From NCBI RefSeq assembly GCF_001457595.1, contig NZ_LN831039.1:4410001-4442000 (forward strand): a stretch of 32,000 nt of DNA, read 5' to 3'. Positions 17,707-26,707 of the stretch are shown here, piece after piece. How positions within the stretch are numbered: position 1 is the stretch's first letter; each line of letters opens with the position of its first letter. The notes under the pieces are model-generated. The model saw only the letters and a program-made list of their open reading frames with translations. It was not told where the DNA came from and did no database searches. The DNA is from Mycolicibacterium smegmatis. GTDB taxonomy: Bacteria; Actinomycetota; Actinomycetes; Mycobacteriales; Mycobacteriaceae. A program made the position numbers and the translations under genes.

Positions 17707-19347
17707 TCAATTGTCTTTTCGCACCACTCCGTTCTGGTAGGCCCAGGTGACCGCGGCCGTACGGCTCGACACGCCGAGCTTGGTGTAGATGTTGGCCAGG
17801 TGCCTGCCCACGGTCTTGTCGCTGATGACGAACTGGTGGGCGACCTGACGATTGGTGGCCCCGCCTGCGATCGCGCGCAGCACCTCGATCTCGCGGCGCG
17901 TCAACCCACCGGGGCTGGCCCGGCCGCACACGCCACTGGGCTGCACGGCCAGTTGCTCGTAGATGTTCTCGGCCGTCGCGATGTCGGTATCGGCCGCAGT
18001 GTCGTCGCCGAGTCCCCTGTGCGCCAGCGCCATCCACTCGTACACCTCGGCGATGTCGTAACGCTCCTGCTGCAGCCGGTACTCGCGCAGCGCGGCGCCG
18101 AGGTTGTCCAATGCCGCTTCGAACTCGCCGCGACGCACCAGCACCGCGCCGCGGGCATGCGCGGCCCAGCCCCGGTATCCCGGCGTGGCGAAAGCCTCGG
18201 CGCCGGCGGCAAGTTGGTCACAGTACCGCTGCGCCTCGCCGATGTCGTCACGCGCCAGGGCCACCACCACGGCCGCACGCAGCAGCCGCATGCGGTCCAG
18301 CGGACCGGCGCCGGCCAGCGCGACGCGCAGGTCGGTCCATGCCTTGCGACTCTGCCCCACGCTGCAGTGCAGCAGCGCCTCGCCGGGCTGGGGATCCTTT
18401 CCGAGCGAACGCGCCTTGGCGAACGCCGCCAGCGCCCCCTCGGTGTCCCCGCGCAACCGCCGGACCTCACCGAGCTGATAGAAACCCTCGGCGCCCACCC
18501 ATGAGTTGACGTCCTCCAACGCCGTACTCGCGCTGAACAATTGGTCTTCGAGCCGGCGATAGTCGTCGTCGGCGGCGGCCAGTTGCAGCCGGTGCACGTC
18601 GCACACCCGGTAGAACGGCGAGGCCGAGTGGACGTCGCACCAGCGCTCCATGGACTGCGTCCACGCGCGCATCCTGGGGTGGTCGGCGAGCTTGTGGCAC
18701 AGGTTCAGCACCACGCAGTAGATGTCGCCGGCCCACTCGACGCGCACGTGTCCGGCCAGCAGCGGCAGCAACGCCTCGTCGACCAGGGCGTAGCCGTCGG
18801 CCACGCGGCCCTGGTGTAGCGCGGCGATCGCCTGCGACACCAACGACAACGATTCCAGCGCCGGATCCTCGACGCTGTCGCACAAATGCCGCACCGCCTC
18901 GGCGCGGCGCGCCAACTCCTCAGGGTCCTGTTCGGCCACCGCGAGTACGACATCCAGGTACGCCAGATAGCAGTGCGTCGGCCCGGTCGGGGCGCCTGTG
19001 AGCAGCCGACGCGCCCGGTTCATCCACCCCTGCGCAATGTTGAGATCACCCCGCGTCAGCCACTCCAGGGCGATGTCGACGGCCTTCGTCGCCGCCGTCG
19101 CCGGATCACGGCGCACAAGTTGCCCGTACACCCGTTCGGCGAGCCGGACGGCCTCGCGGCTGTGCCCCAGCCGCCAGGCCGTGGTGGCATAGGCATCGAG
19201 ATCGTCCAGCGTCATCGGGCCGATCGCCTCGGCCCGCAGATACGCCTGATAGGCCGCGGCCCATTCGGCGCGCGAGTGTGCTGCCCGCGCCTCCAGCAAC
19301 GCGGGATGATCCGATGCCCGCCCAACCGAACCTGTCGCCGTCGTCAT
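17707..19347 (-). CDS. LuxR-family transcriptional regulator with TPR-like N-terminal region
   Basis: C-terminal [53 protein letters not shown]. Confidence 0.88.
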   Translation of the reverse strand: MTTATGSVGRASDHPALLEARAAHSRAEWAAAYQAYLRAEAIGPMTLDDLDAYATTAWRLGHSREAVRLAERVYGQLVRRDPATAATKAVDIALEWLTRGDLNIAQGWMNRARRLLTGAPTGPTHCYLAYLDVVLAVAEQDPEELARRAEAVRHLCDSVEDPALESLSLVSQAIAALHQGRVADGYALVDEALLPLLAGHVRVEWAGDIYCVVLNLCHKLADHPRMRAWTQSMERWCDVHSASPFYRVCDVHRLQLAAADDDYRRLEDQLFSASTALEDVNSWVGAEGFYQLGEVRRLRGDTEGALAAFAKARSLGKDPQPGEALLHCSVGQSRKAWTDLRVALAGAGPLDRMRLLRAAVVVALARDDIGEAQRYCDQLAAGAEAFATPGYRGWAAHARGAVLVRRGEFEAALDNLGAALREYRLQQERYDIAEVYEWMALAHRGLGDDTAADTDIATAENIYEQLAVQPSGVCGRASPGGLTRREIEVLRAIAGGATNRQVAHQFVISDKTVGRHLANIYTKLGVSSRTAAVTWAYQNGVVRKDN

Positions 19348-19424
19348 TGCTGCCCACGGTATTACGGGCTCGGGTCATGCGGCAGTAAACGGCAACTCTG
19401 ATAGCAGGTTCGGGTGCTCACCGC

Positions 19425-19430
19425 TAGGTT
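19425..19430 (+). promoter_or_regulatory. Putative -10 element (TAGGTT) for leaderless mscR
   Basis: TANNNT at -12 to -7 of ATG 19437; same hexamer as upstream of mabR. Confidence 0.45.
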
Positions 19431-19436
19431 GTAACC

Positions 19437-20528
19437 ATGCCTCAGACTGTGCGCGGTGTGATTTCTCGGAGTAAGCAGCAACCCGTCGAGTTGGTGGACA
19501 TCGTGATCCCGGATCCCGGTCCGGGCGAGGTGGTGGTCGACATCATCGCGTGCGGGGTATGCCACACGGACCTGACCTACCGCGAGGGTGGGATCAACGA
19601 CGAGTTCCCGTTCCTGTTGGGCCATGAGGCCGCAGGCACCGTGGAAGCAGTCGGTGAGGGCGTCACCAACGTCGCGCCCGGTGACTTCGTGATCCTGAAC
19701 TGGCGCGCGGTGTGTGGACAGTGCCGCGCCTGTAAGCGGGGGCGTCCCCACCTATGCTTCGACACGTTCAACGCCACCCAGAAGATGACGCTGACCGACG
19801 GCACCGAACTCACCCCGGCCCTGGGCATCGGCGCGTTCGCCGACAAGACCCTGGTGCACGAGGGCCAGTGCACCAAGGTCGACGCCGACGCCGACCCGGC
19901 CGTGGCCGGCCTTCTGGGTTGCGGCGTCATGGCCGGCATCGGCGCGGCCATCAACACCGGCGCGGTCACGCGCGACGACACCGTTGCCGTGATCGGCTGC
20001 GGCGGTGTCGGTGACGCCGCCATCGCCGGGGCGGCCCTGGTCGGGGCGAAAAAGATCATCGCCGTCGACATGGACAACAAAAAGCTCGACTGGGCCCGCG
20101 AATTCGGCGCCACCCACACGGTCAACGCCAAAGACCTCGACGCGGTGGAGACCATCCAGGACCTCACCGACGGATTCGGCGCCGACGTCGTCATCGACGC
20201 GGTCGGGCGCCCGGAAACCTGGAAGCAGGCCTTCTACGCGCGCGATCTCGCGGGCACCGTGGTGCTGGTCGGTGTGCCCACCCCGGACATGAAACTGGAG
20301 ATGCCGCTGATCGACTTCTTCTCCCGCGGCGGGTCGTTGAAGTCCTCCTGGTACGGCGATTGTCTGCCCGAACGCGACTTCCCCACCCTGATCTCGCTGT
20401 ACCTGCAGGGCCGCCTGCCGCTGGAGAAGTTCGTCTCCGAACGCATCGGCCTGGACGGCATCGAGGATGCCTTCCACAAGATGCACGCCGGTGAGGTGCT
20501 GCGCTCCGTGGTGGTGTTGGACCGATGA
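19437..20528 (+). CDS. mscR: Zinc-dependent alcohol dehydrogenase, S-nitrosomycothiol reductase / mycothiol-dependent formaldehyde dehydrogenase
   Basis: [37 protein letters not shown] and GCGGVGDAA motifs; next to an MBL-fold gene as in Rv2259-Rv2260. Confidence 0.85.
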   Translation: MPQTVRGVISRSKQQPVELVDIVIPDPGPGEVVVDIIACGVCHTDLTYREGGINDEFPFLLGHEAAGTVEAVGEGVTNVAPGDFVILNWRAVCGQCRACKRGRPHLCFDTFNATQKMTLTDGTELTPALGIGAFADKTLVHEGQCTKVDADADPAVAGLLGCGVMAGIGAAINTGAVTRDDTVAVIGCGGVGDAAIAGAALVGAKKIIAVDMDNKKLDWAREFGATHTVNAKDLDAVETIQDLTDGFGADVVIDAVGRPETWKQAFYARDLAGTVVLVGVPTPDMKLEMPLIDFFSRGGSLKSSWYGDCLPERDFPTLISLYLQGRLPLEKFVSERIGLDGIEDAFHKMHAGEVLRSVVVLDR

Positions 20529-20553
20529 GCGCTTGCGCGAAGAGGAGATCAGC

Positions 20554-21186
20554 ATGACCGGGCCTGCGCAGATCCAGCGGGTCGTCACCAGCGGCACGTT
20601 CAGCCTCGACGGCGGCACCTGGGACGTCGACAACAACATCTGGCTCGTCGGCGACGACAACGACGTGATCGTGTTCGACGCCGCCCACACCGCCGCGCCC
20701 ATCGTCGACGCGGTGGCCGGGCGCAACGTGGTCGCGGTGATCTGCACACACGGGCTCAACGACCACATCACCGTCGCGCCCGATCTCGCCGTGGCCCTGG
20801 ACGCCCCCGTGCTGCTGCACCCCGCTGACGACATGCTGTGGCGAGACATCCACCCGGACAAGGAGTTCCGTGCCGTCGAGGACGGCCTGGTGCTCAAGGC
20901 GGGCGAGATCGAGGTGCATGCCCTGCACACCCCCGGGCACTCGCCGGGTTCGGTGTGCTGGTCGATCCCCGAACTGAACGCCGTGATCTCCGGGGACACC
21001 CTGTTCCAGGGCGGCCCGGGTGCCACCGGGCGCTCCTACTCGGATTTCCCGACCATCCTCGATTCCATCAAGAACCGCCTCGGTCTGCTGCCCGCCGAAA
21101 CCGTGGTCTACACCGGCCACGGCGACACCACCACCATCGGCGGCGAACTCGTCAACTACGACGACTGGGTCAAGCGCGGCCACTGA
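20554..21186 (+). CDS. Metallo-beta-lactamase-fold hydrolase
   Basis: ICTHGLNDH, HTPGHSPGSV, ISGDTLF, YTGHGD motifs; ATG 20554; 25 nt after mscR. Confidence 0.88.
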   Translation: MTGPAQIQRVVTSGTFSLDGGTWDVDNNIWLVGDDNDVIVFDAAHTAAPIVDAVAGRNVVAVICTHGLNDHITVAPDLAVALDAPVLLHPADDMLWRDIHPDKEFRAVEDGLVLKAGEIEVHALHTPGHSPGSVCWSIPELNAVISGDTLFQGGPGATGRSYSDFPTILDSIKNRLGLLPAETVVYTGHGDTTTIGGELVNYDDWVKRGH

Positions 21187-21229
21187 GTTCTGCGGGCCGT
21201 CGCACCTCGCACACCGCGAGCACCGCGCG

Positions 21230-21305
21230 GTGCACCGCGAGCTCCGCGCGTTGCACCGTGAGCTCCGCGAGTTGCACCGTGAGCTCCGCGAGTTGCACCG
21301 CGAGC
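21230..21305. repeat. 21-bp tandem repeat, about 3.6 copies
   Basis: Units of TTGCACCGTGAGCTCCGCGAG at 21251-21271 and 21272-21292 (identical), a degenerate copy at 21230-21250 and a partial copy from 21293. Confidence 0.85.
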
Positions 21306-21427
21306 GTGCGTGTCTGCACCTCACCACGCCGTGAAATCTCAGCAGTGCACGCGCCCTCGGCAGCGACGAGCGTGCGCGAACTGCTGACGAAAGGCGGCGT
21401 GTCGACATGCAGACGCGCCCGCTCGCG

Positions 21428-21486
21428 GTGCCTTGGTGCCTTGCTGCCTTGGTGCCTTGCTGCCTTGGTGCCAGGTGCCAGGTGGG
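21428..21486. repeat. 8/16-bp tandem repeat (GTGCCTTG / CTGCCTTG), degenerating to GTGCCAG
   Basis: GGTGCCTTGGTGCCTTGCTGCCTTGGTGCCTTGCTGCCTTGGTGCCAGGTGCCAGGTG. Confidence 0.85.
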
Positions 21487-21510
21487 GTTCTGATCACCGT
21501 GAGCCAGGAC

Positions 21511-21539
21511 CTATGCGTGGCTCGACCAGAACCGCATAG
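21511..21539. promoter_or_regulatory. Inverted repeat just upstream of the FAD monooxygenase gene
   Basis: CTATGCG-N15-CGCATAG ending 8 nt before ATG 21548. Confidence 0.35.
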
Positions 21540-21547
21540 TGGCGTGC

Positions 21548-22921
21548 ATGACGACTTCGAGTGGGCGTACCGCAGCGATCATCGGTGCCGGGCAGACCGG
21601 CGTCACCGCGGCATTGGGCTTGCTGGACAAGGGTTTCGACGTCACGATCTACAGCGATCGCGACCAGAAGAGCCTGCGCGACGCCGTGCCCGCCACGGGC
21701 ACGGCGCTCATATTCGGTGAGGCGCAGCGCGCTGAGGAGTCGCTGGGGCTCAACACCTACCTCGCGACCGGGCCCACCTCCACCGGGCAGAGCGTGCGCG
21801 TGCTCAACCCGCAGAGCAGCACGCCCGAAGAGGTCGCGTTCGACGCGTCGTTCTCCGGCTTCCGGGGCATCGCGGTGGACACGCGCCTCAAGGCCGACGA
21901 CCGGCTCACGCTGTTCCGGCAGCGCGGCGGAAACTTCGTGGTCGAACCGGTCGACCCGGCGCGACTCGACGCGATCGCCGGGTCGGTGGATCTCACGCTG
22001 GTCGCCACGGGCCGTGGTGGCCTGTCGCAGCTGTTCCCGATCGATCCGCGGCACACGGCCTACGACCGTCCCCAGCGCACGCTGCTGACCGTCATGCTCA
22101 CCGGATTGCCGTTCGGGCAAGAGATTTTCGCGCACCGCAGCGCCGAGGGCAGCGCGCACAACGCGTTCACCGTGGTCACCGATCAGGGCGAGGCGTATCT
22201 GGGTGGTTTCCTGCACAAGGACATCGGCCCGGCGTGGGCGTTCCTCGGCTGGGCGCGCCCCGGCAGCGACTGGGAGCGCCGGTTCTCCGCGGCCGACGGC
22301 CCGGCGAGCGCCCTGGACGTCGTCAACGACCTGTACCGCGACTACATCGACTGGGACGCCGCCGAGGTGAGCGCGCTGAGGGTGATCGAGGACGATCCGC
22401 ACTCGTGGCTCAAGGGCGCGGTGACCCAGGTGGTGCGCGCGGGCGTCGGGCGCACAGCGAGCGGACATCCGGTGGCTGCCCTCGGCGACACCGCGGTGTC
22501 CTACGACCCGATCGCCGGCCAGGGCGCGCAGGGTGGGCTGATCCAGGCCGCCGACCTGGTGCACAAGGCCGCCGCGCACGACGGACCGTTCGACGAGGCA
22601 TGGCTGCAGGCGGCGTTCGACGAGTTCTACGCCCGACGGGCGCGCGGCGCCCAGCTGGTGACGCGGCTGTTCCTCGCCGATCCGGAGTTCGCCGAGCACG
22701 GCGGGTTGTTCTTCGCGGCGGCGAGCGCGAGCAGCCGGTTCGCGTCGAACCTGTTCGGCCTGCTGGATGATCCACGACGGTTCGAGCACGCGGCGGCCTC
22801 GGCGGATGCGGCCAAGGAGCTGATCACCGAGTTCGCCGGGGAACCGGCCGACGACGTGCTGGCCCGCTTCGTGCCTGCGGGCGAGTTCGAGCGGTCGCGC
22901 CTGGCGGTGCCGGCGATCTAG
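21548..22921 (+). CDS. FAD-dependent monooxygenase of the styrene/indole monooxygenase (StyA) type
   Basis: Rossmann motif AAIIGAGQTGVTAALGLL, GQGAQGGLIQAADL; overall StyA-like layout. Confidence 0.8.
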   Translation: MTTSSGRTAAIIGAGQTGVTAALGLLDKGFDVTIYSDRDQKSLRDAVPATGTALIFGEAQRAEESLGLNTYLATGPTSTGQSVRVLNPQSSTPEEVAFDASFSGFRGIAVDTRLKADDRLTLFRQRGGNFVVEPVDPARLDAIAGSVDLTLVATGRGGLSQLFPIDPRHTAYDRPQRTLLTVMLTGLPFGQEIFAHRSAEGSAHNAFTVVTDQGEAYLGGFLHKDIGPAWAFLGWARPGSDWERRFSAADGPASALDVVNDLYRDYIDWDAAEVSALRVIEDDPHSWLKGAVTQVVRAGVGRTASGHPVAALGDTAVSYDPIAGQGAQGGLIQAADLVHKAAAHDGPFDEAWLQAAFDEFYARRARGAQLVTRLFLADPEFAEHGGLFFAAASASSRFASNLFGLLDDPRRFEHAAASADAAKELITEFAGEPADDVLARFVPAGEFERSRLAVPAI

Positions 22922-23682
22922 CTGTCGAGGATCCGGCGCTTCTCGGCCTCGAACTCCTCCTGGGTGAGCGCGCCGGAGTCCCGCAACGCCGCAATGGTTT
23001 TGAGCTGTTCGATGCGGATCGCGTGATCGGTGGGCTGGTAGCTGTACCCGCGCTCCGACGGTCCACCGATGTTGATGGTGTGCTCGCCGAGTTCGACCGC
23101 TTCGACAGGCTCGAAGCGCTCGCCCGATCCGAGGAACCGCGGTCGTCTCTCGGCGCGCCTGAGCCACATCGCACTCGCGGCCAGCGCCGCCAGCGAGGCC
23201 GCGAACACGCCGGCGAACATCCAGACCAGCCACCAGTGCCTGCTGGGATATCCGAACGCCAGGCGCGGATTGATGTAGCCCCGCACGTCACCGTCGACGC
23301 GGACCTGGTACACGGCGGGCTCGGCGACCTGCATCATCCACACCCGCACATGTGCGTCGTTGTTCACCGTGGTTGTAGCGCCGGGGCTTTCGGTGACGGT
23401 CGGCATCGCGGCGCCGGGTGGCGCCTGCACGTGGAGCTCCAGCGCAGGCACCGGCAGGCCGCCTTCGGAGTCGGTCACCCAGGTGTGGAAACTCACCGAC
23501 ACCTCGCCGGCCGGCAACTCCACGCTGCCGCTTCCCGGAATCGGCACCTCGCCGTAGGCGTCGAACTTGTCGAAGAACAGCGCGTTGAGGATCAGCGCGA
23601 CGACGAATCCGACGATGCCGATGACCACAGCACACCCGGACAGCACCACCGCGACACGCGGTATCGCCCGGCTGCTGTTCAT
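22918..23682 (-). CDS. SHOCT-domain membrane protein
   Basis: N-terminal TM, second TM (HWWLVWMFAGVFAASLAALAASAMWL) and C-terminal SHOCT motif IEQLKTIAALRDSGALTQEEFEAEKRRIL. Confidence 0.85.
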   Translation of the reverse strand: MNSSRAIPRVAVVLSGCAVVIGIVGFVVALILNALFFDKFDAYGEVPIPGSGSVELPAGEVSVSFHTWVTDSEGGLPVPALELHVQAPPGAAMPTVTESPGATTTVNNDAHVRVWMMQVAEPAVYQVRVDGDVRGYINPRLAFGYPSRHWWLVWMFAGVFAASLAALAASAMWLRRAERRPRFLGSGERFEPVEAVELGEHTINIGGPSERGYSYQPTDHAIRIEQLKTIAALRDSGALTQEEFEAEKRRILDS

Positions 23683-23753
23683 GGCGGAAGTGTGTCATGG
23701 TCGCCTCGCCTGCGACTACCGTCGTGGGTGTCCAGCAACGCCGAGGAGGTGCC

Positions 23754-23984
23754 ATGGCCCGCGACGAGGTGGCGACGACCACCGCCGAACCACGGCCCGC
23801 GCTGCGCTATTGGGTGGCGCTGATCCTCGTCGCCCTCGCCGCGGTGTTCGTCGTCCAGAACCGCGCGCGGGTGGACATCCACGTGCTGTGGGTGACCGTC
23901 GATTCGCCGATGTGGTTCATCTTGGTCATCATTTTCGTCGTGGGAATGCTCATCGGTCTGCTGTTGCGCCGGCGGCGGGGATAG
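23754..23984 (+). CDS. LapA-domain (DUF1049) small membrane protein
   Basis: 76 aa; two hydrophobic helices with VQNRARVDIHVLWVTVDSPMWFILVIIFVVGMLIGLLLRRRR. Confidence 0.8.
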   Translation: MARDEVATTTAEPRPALRYWVALILVALAAVFVVQNRARVDIHVLWVTVDSPMWFILVIIFVVGMLIGLLLRRRRG

Positions 23985-23986
23985 CC

Positions 23987-25069
23987 GTGCCCAAATTCCG
24001 AGTGGCCGTCGACCCCGAACCGGATGACCCCACACCGAAGATGCGGGCGCCGCGCCCGCACGCCGCGGGACTGAACTCGGCGATCGCCCTGCTGGAGGAG
24101 GCCGCGCGGACCGTGCCGCTGCCCGAGGCGCCCTACCCCATCGTCATCGCCGACTACGGTGTGGGCACGGGCCGCAATTCGATGCGCCCCATTGCGGCGG
24201 CGATCGCCGCGCTGCGCGGGCGCACCCGCCCCGAGCACTCGGTGTTGGTGACGCACACCGACAACGCCGACAACGATTTCACCGCGGTGTTCCGCGGCCT
24301 GGCGGACAACCCCGACTCGTATCTGCGCCGCGACACCTCGACGTACCCGTCGGCGGTGGGCCGCTCGTTCTACACGCAGATCCTGCCGTCGAAGTCGGTG
24401 CACGTCGGTTGGTCGGCATGGGCCATCGTGCGGGTCGGCCGGATGCCGATGCCCGTCCCCGACCACGTCGCCGCGTCGTTCAGCGGGGATCCGCAGGTGG
24501 TGGCCGCCTACGCGCGGCAAGCCGCGTTCGACTGGCACGAGTTCGTCGCGTTCCGCGGGCGCGAACTGGCCTCGGGTGCCCAGTTGGTGGTGTTGACCGC
24601 CGCGCTCGGTGATGACGGCGACTTCGGGTACCGCCCGTTGTTCGCCGCGGTGATGGACACGCTGCGCGAGCTGACGGCCGACGGCGTGCTGCGTCAGGAC
24701 GAACTGCACCGCATGTCGCTGCCGATCGTCGGCAGACGCGCCAACGACTTCATGGCACCGTTCGCCCCGTCGGGCCGGTTCGAGCGCCTCTCGATCAGCC
24801 ATCTCGAGGTGTACGACGCCGAGGACGTGATTTACAGCAGTTACCAGAAAGACAGGGACACCGATGTTTTCGGGCTCCGGTGGGCCGATTTCTGCCGGTT
24901 CACGTTCTTCAGCGATCTGTGTACCGCGCTCGACGACGACGCGGCGCGCTGCACACAGTTCCAGGACCGGCTGCACGCCGGTATCGCGGCGAGGTTGTCG
25001 GCCCAGCCCGAACAGATGCGGATTCCGTTGGCGCAGCTGGTCCTTGAGAGGCGGCGCCGCTCGGGCTGA
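23987..25069 (+). CDS. SABATH-like SAM-dependent carboxyl methyltransferase
   Basis: YPIVIADYGVGTGRNSMRPIAAAIAAL, NDFTAVFRGL, SFYTQILPSKSVHVGWSAWAI resemble plant SABATH motifs. GTG start inferred, 2 nt after the LapA gene. Confidence 0.75.
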   Translation: MPKFRVAVDPEPDDPTPKMRAPRPHAAGLNSAIALLEEAARTVPLPEAPYPIVIADYGVGTGRNSMRPIAAAIAALRGRTRPEHSVLVTHTDNADNDFTAVFRGLADNPDSYLRRDTSTYPSAVGRSFYTQILPSKSVHVGWSAWAIVRVGRMPMPVPDHVAASFSGDPQVVAAYARQAAFDWHEFVAFRGRELASGAQLVVLTAALGDDGDFGYRPLFAAVMDTLRELTADGVLRQDELHRMSLPIVGRRANDFMAPFAPSGRFERLSISHLEVYDAEDVIYSSYQKDRDTDVFGLRWADFCRFTFFSDLCTALDDDAARCTQFQDRLHAGIAARLSAQPEQMRIPLAQLVLERRRRSG

Positions 25070-25076
25070 GCGCTCG

Positions 25077-26633
25077 CTACGGCACTCGGCTGAGGACGGC
25101 GTCGATCAGGTGCGGGCCCGGTTCCTCGACCGCCGCGGCGAACTGGGCCGCCAACTCCTCGGCGGTGGTGGCGCGCGTGGCGGGCACACCGAAACCCTGT
25201 GCGATGGCGGCGAAGTCGATGTTTGGATTGCCGATGTCGAGCAGTGAGCGCGACCGCTCCCCGGTTGCCGCGGTGCCGACGCGCTGCAGTTCCATCTGCA
25301 GGATCGCGTAGGAACGGTTGTTGAGGATCACCACGGTGACGTCGAGTTGCTCGCGGGCCATGGTCCACAACGCCGAGATCGTGTAGGCCGCGCTGCCGTC
25401 GGCCTGCAACGCGATCACGGGGCGGTCCGGCGCGGCGACCGCGGCGCCGACCGCGACCGGAAGGCCCTGTCCGATCGCGCCTCCCGTGAGGGTCAGCACG
25501 TCGTGCGGCGGCGACGATGCGGTCGCGGCGGGCAACAGCACACCGCTGGTGTTGGCCTCGTCGGAGATGATGGCGTTCTCGGGCAGCAGCGCACCGATCA
25601 CCAGCGGCCAGTTCTGCACGGTCAGCGGGCCGGTGGGCGCGGGCAGCGGATCCGGTTCTGCCGGTTCGGGAGCCACTGCGCCGAGAGCGTCGGCCAGTTT
25701 CTCCAGATCCGCCGGGGCGAGGGTGTGCACCTGCGCGTCCTCGGGTGCGAGCTCACTGGGCTTTCCTGGATACGCGAAGAACCACACGGGCTTTCGTGTG
25801 CCGGCGAGGATGAGATGCGTCGCGCCCGCCAACTGCTGTGTCGCGACCTCACCGAGGTACTGCAGTCGGTCCAGCGGCGGTATGCCCCGTCCGCGCGCCA
25901 GTCGCGCCGGGAAGGTCTCGACCAGCGTGCGGGCCCCGGTGGCGGCGTGGATGCGCGCCGCGGCGCTCACCCCGGACGCACCGGTGGCCGTTCCGCCGAG
26001 CAGGATGACGACCTTGTCGCCGTGCGCGCGCAGCAATTCCGCGGCGGCGGTCACGTCGATGGTCTCGGAAGAGTCGGATTGCTCTGACGGTTCCACCTCG
26101 GCCGCGGGCACTTCCGCAGGCCCCCACGAGAAGTCGGCGGGAAGGATGACCGTGGCGACCTTCCCGGGCGGGCCGACCGCGTCGCGTACCGCATCACGCA
26201 CGGCCGCATCGAGATCCGCGGCCGATTCCGGCCGGTGCACCGCACCGTGCAGCCAGGTGCCGAGCGCGTCGATGTCGGATTCCAGAGGCGCGTCGAGGGC
26301 CTTGTGGTTCGTCGCGTGATCGCCGACGATGTTGACCACGGGACTGTGCGCGCGCCGGGCGTTGTGCAGGTTGGCCAGCCCGTTGGCCATGCCGGGACCG
26401 AGGTGCAGCAGCGTCGCCGCGGGCCGGCCCGCGATGCGTGCGTAGCCATCGGCGGCGCCGGTCGCCACACCTTCGAACAGGCACAGCACGGGACGCATGC
26501 CGGGCGCGGTGTCCAGGGCGGCGACGAAATGCATCTCCGACGTACCGGGGTTGGCGAAGCACACGTCGACGCCTTCGGCGAGCAGTCGCCGCATCACCAC
26601 CTGCGCCCCGGTACTCTCCTGCGAGTCAGTCAT
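25077..26633 (-). CDS. Thiamine pyrophosphate-dependent enzyme, acetolactate synthase large subunit / benzoylformate decarboxylase-like
   Basis: CLFEGVATGAADGYARIAGRPAATLLHLGPG and ADGSAAYTISALWTMAREQLDVTVVILNN TPP-binding region. Confidence 0.87.
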   Translation of the reverse strand: MTDSQESTGAQVVMRRLLAEGVDVCFANPGTSEMHFVAALDTAPGMRPVLCLFEGVATGAADGYARIAGRPAATLLHLGPGMANGLANLHNARRAHSPVVNIVGDHATNHKALDAPLESDIDALGTWLHGAVHRPESAADLDAAVRDAVRDAVGPPGKVATVILPADFSWGPAEVPAAEVEPSEQSDSSETIDVTAAAELLRAHGDKVVILLGGTATGASGVSAAARIHAATGARTLVETFPARLARGRGIPPLDRLQYLGEVATQQLAGATHLILAGTRKPVWFFAYPGKPSELAPEDAQVHTLAPADLEKLADALGAVAPEPAEPDPLPAPTGPLTVQNWPLVIGALLPENAIISDEANTSGVLLPAATASSPPHDVLTLTGGAIGQGLPVAVGAAVAAPDRPVIALQADGSAAYTISALWTMAREQLDVTVVILNNRSYAILQMELQRVGTAATGERSRSLLDIGNPNIDFAAIAQGFGVPATRATTAEELAAQFAAAVEEPGPHLIDAVLSRVP

Positions 26634-26707
26634 CCGTCCATACTGGCTGCCGCGCGCAGGTGGCGCCAGAACTTCCCGATCGTGCACAGCGCCAGCCGGT
26701 TTCGGTG

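Noticed and set aside
19752-21026. 424-aa minus-strand ORF opposite mscR and the MBL gene
   Set aside because: Shadow ORF of two well-supported plus-strand genes.
21230-21305. CRISPR-like array
   Set aside because: Units are contiguous with no unique spacers and no cas genes are present, so it is a simple tandem repeat.
20191-21408. Minus-strand ORF with repeated CNSRSSR heptapeptides
   Set aside because: The peptide repeat is just the 21-bp DNA repeat read in frame; the rest is antisense to the MBL gene. Kept as a DNA repeat, not a protein.
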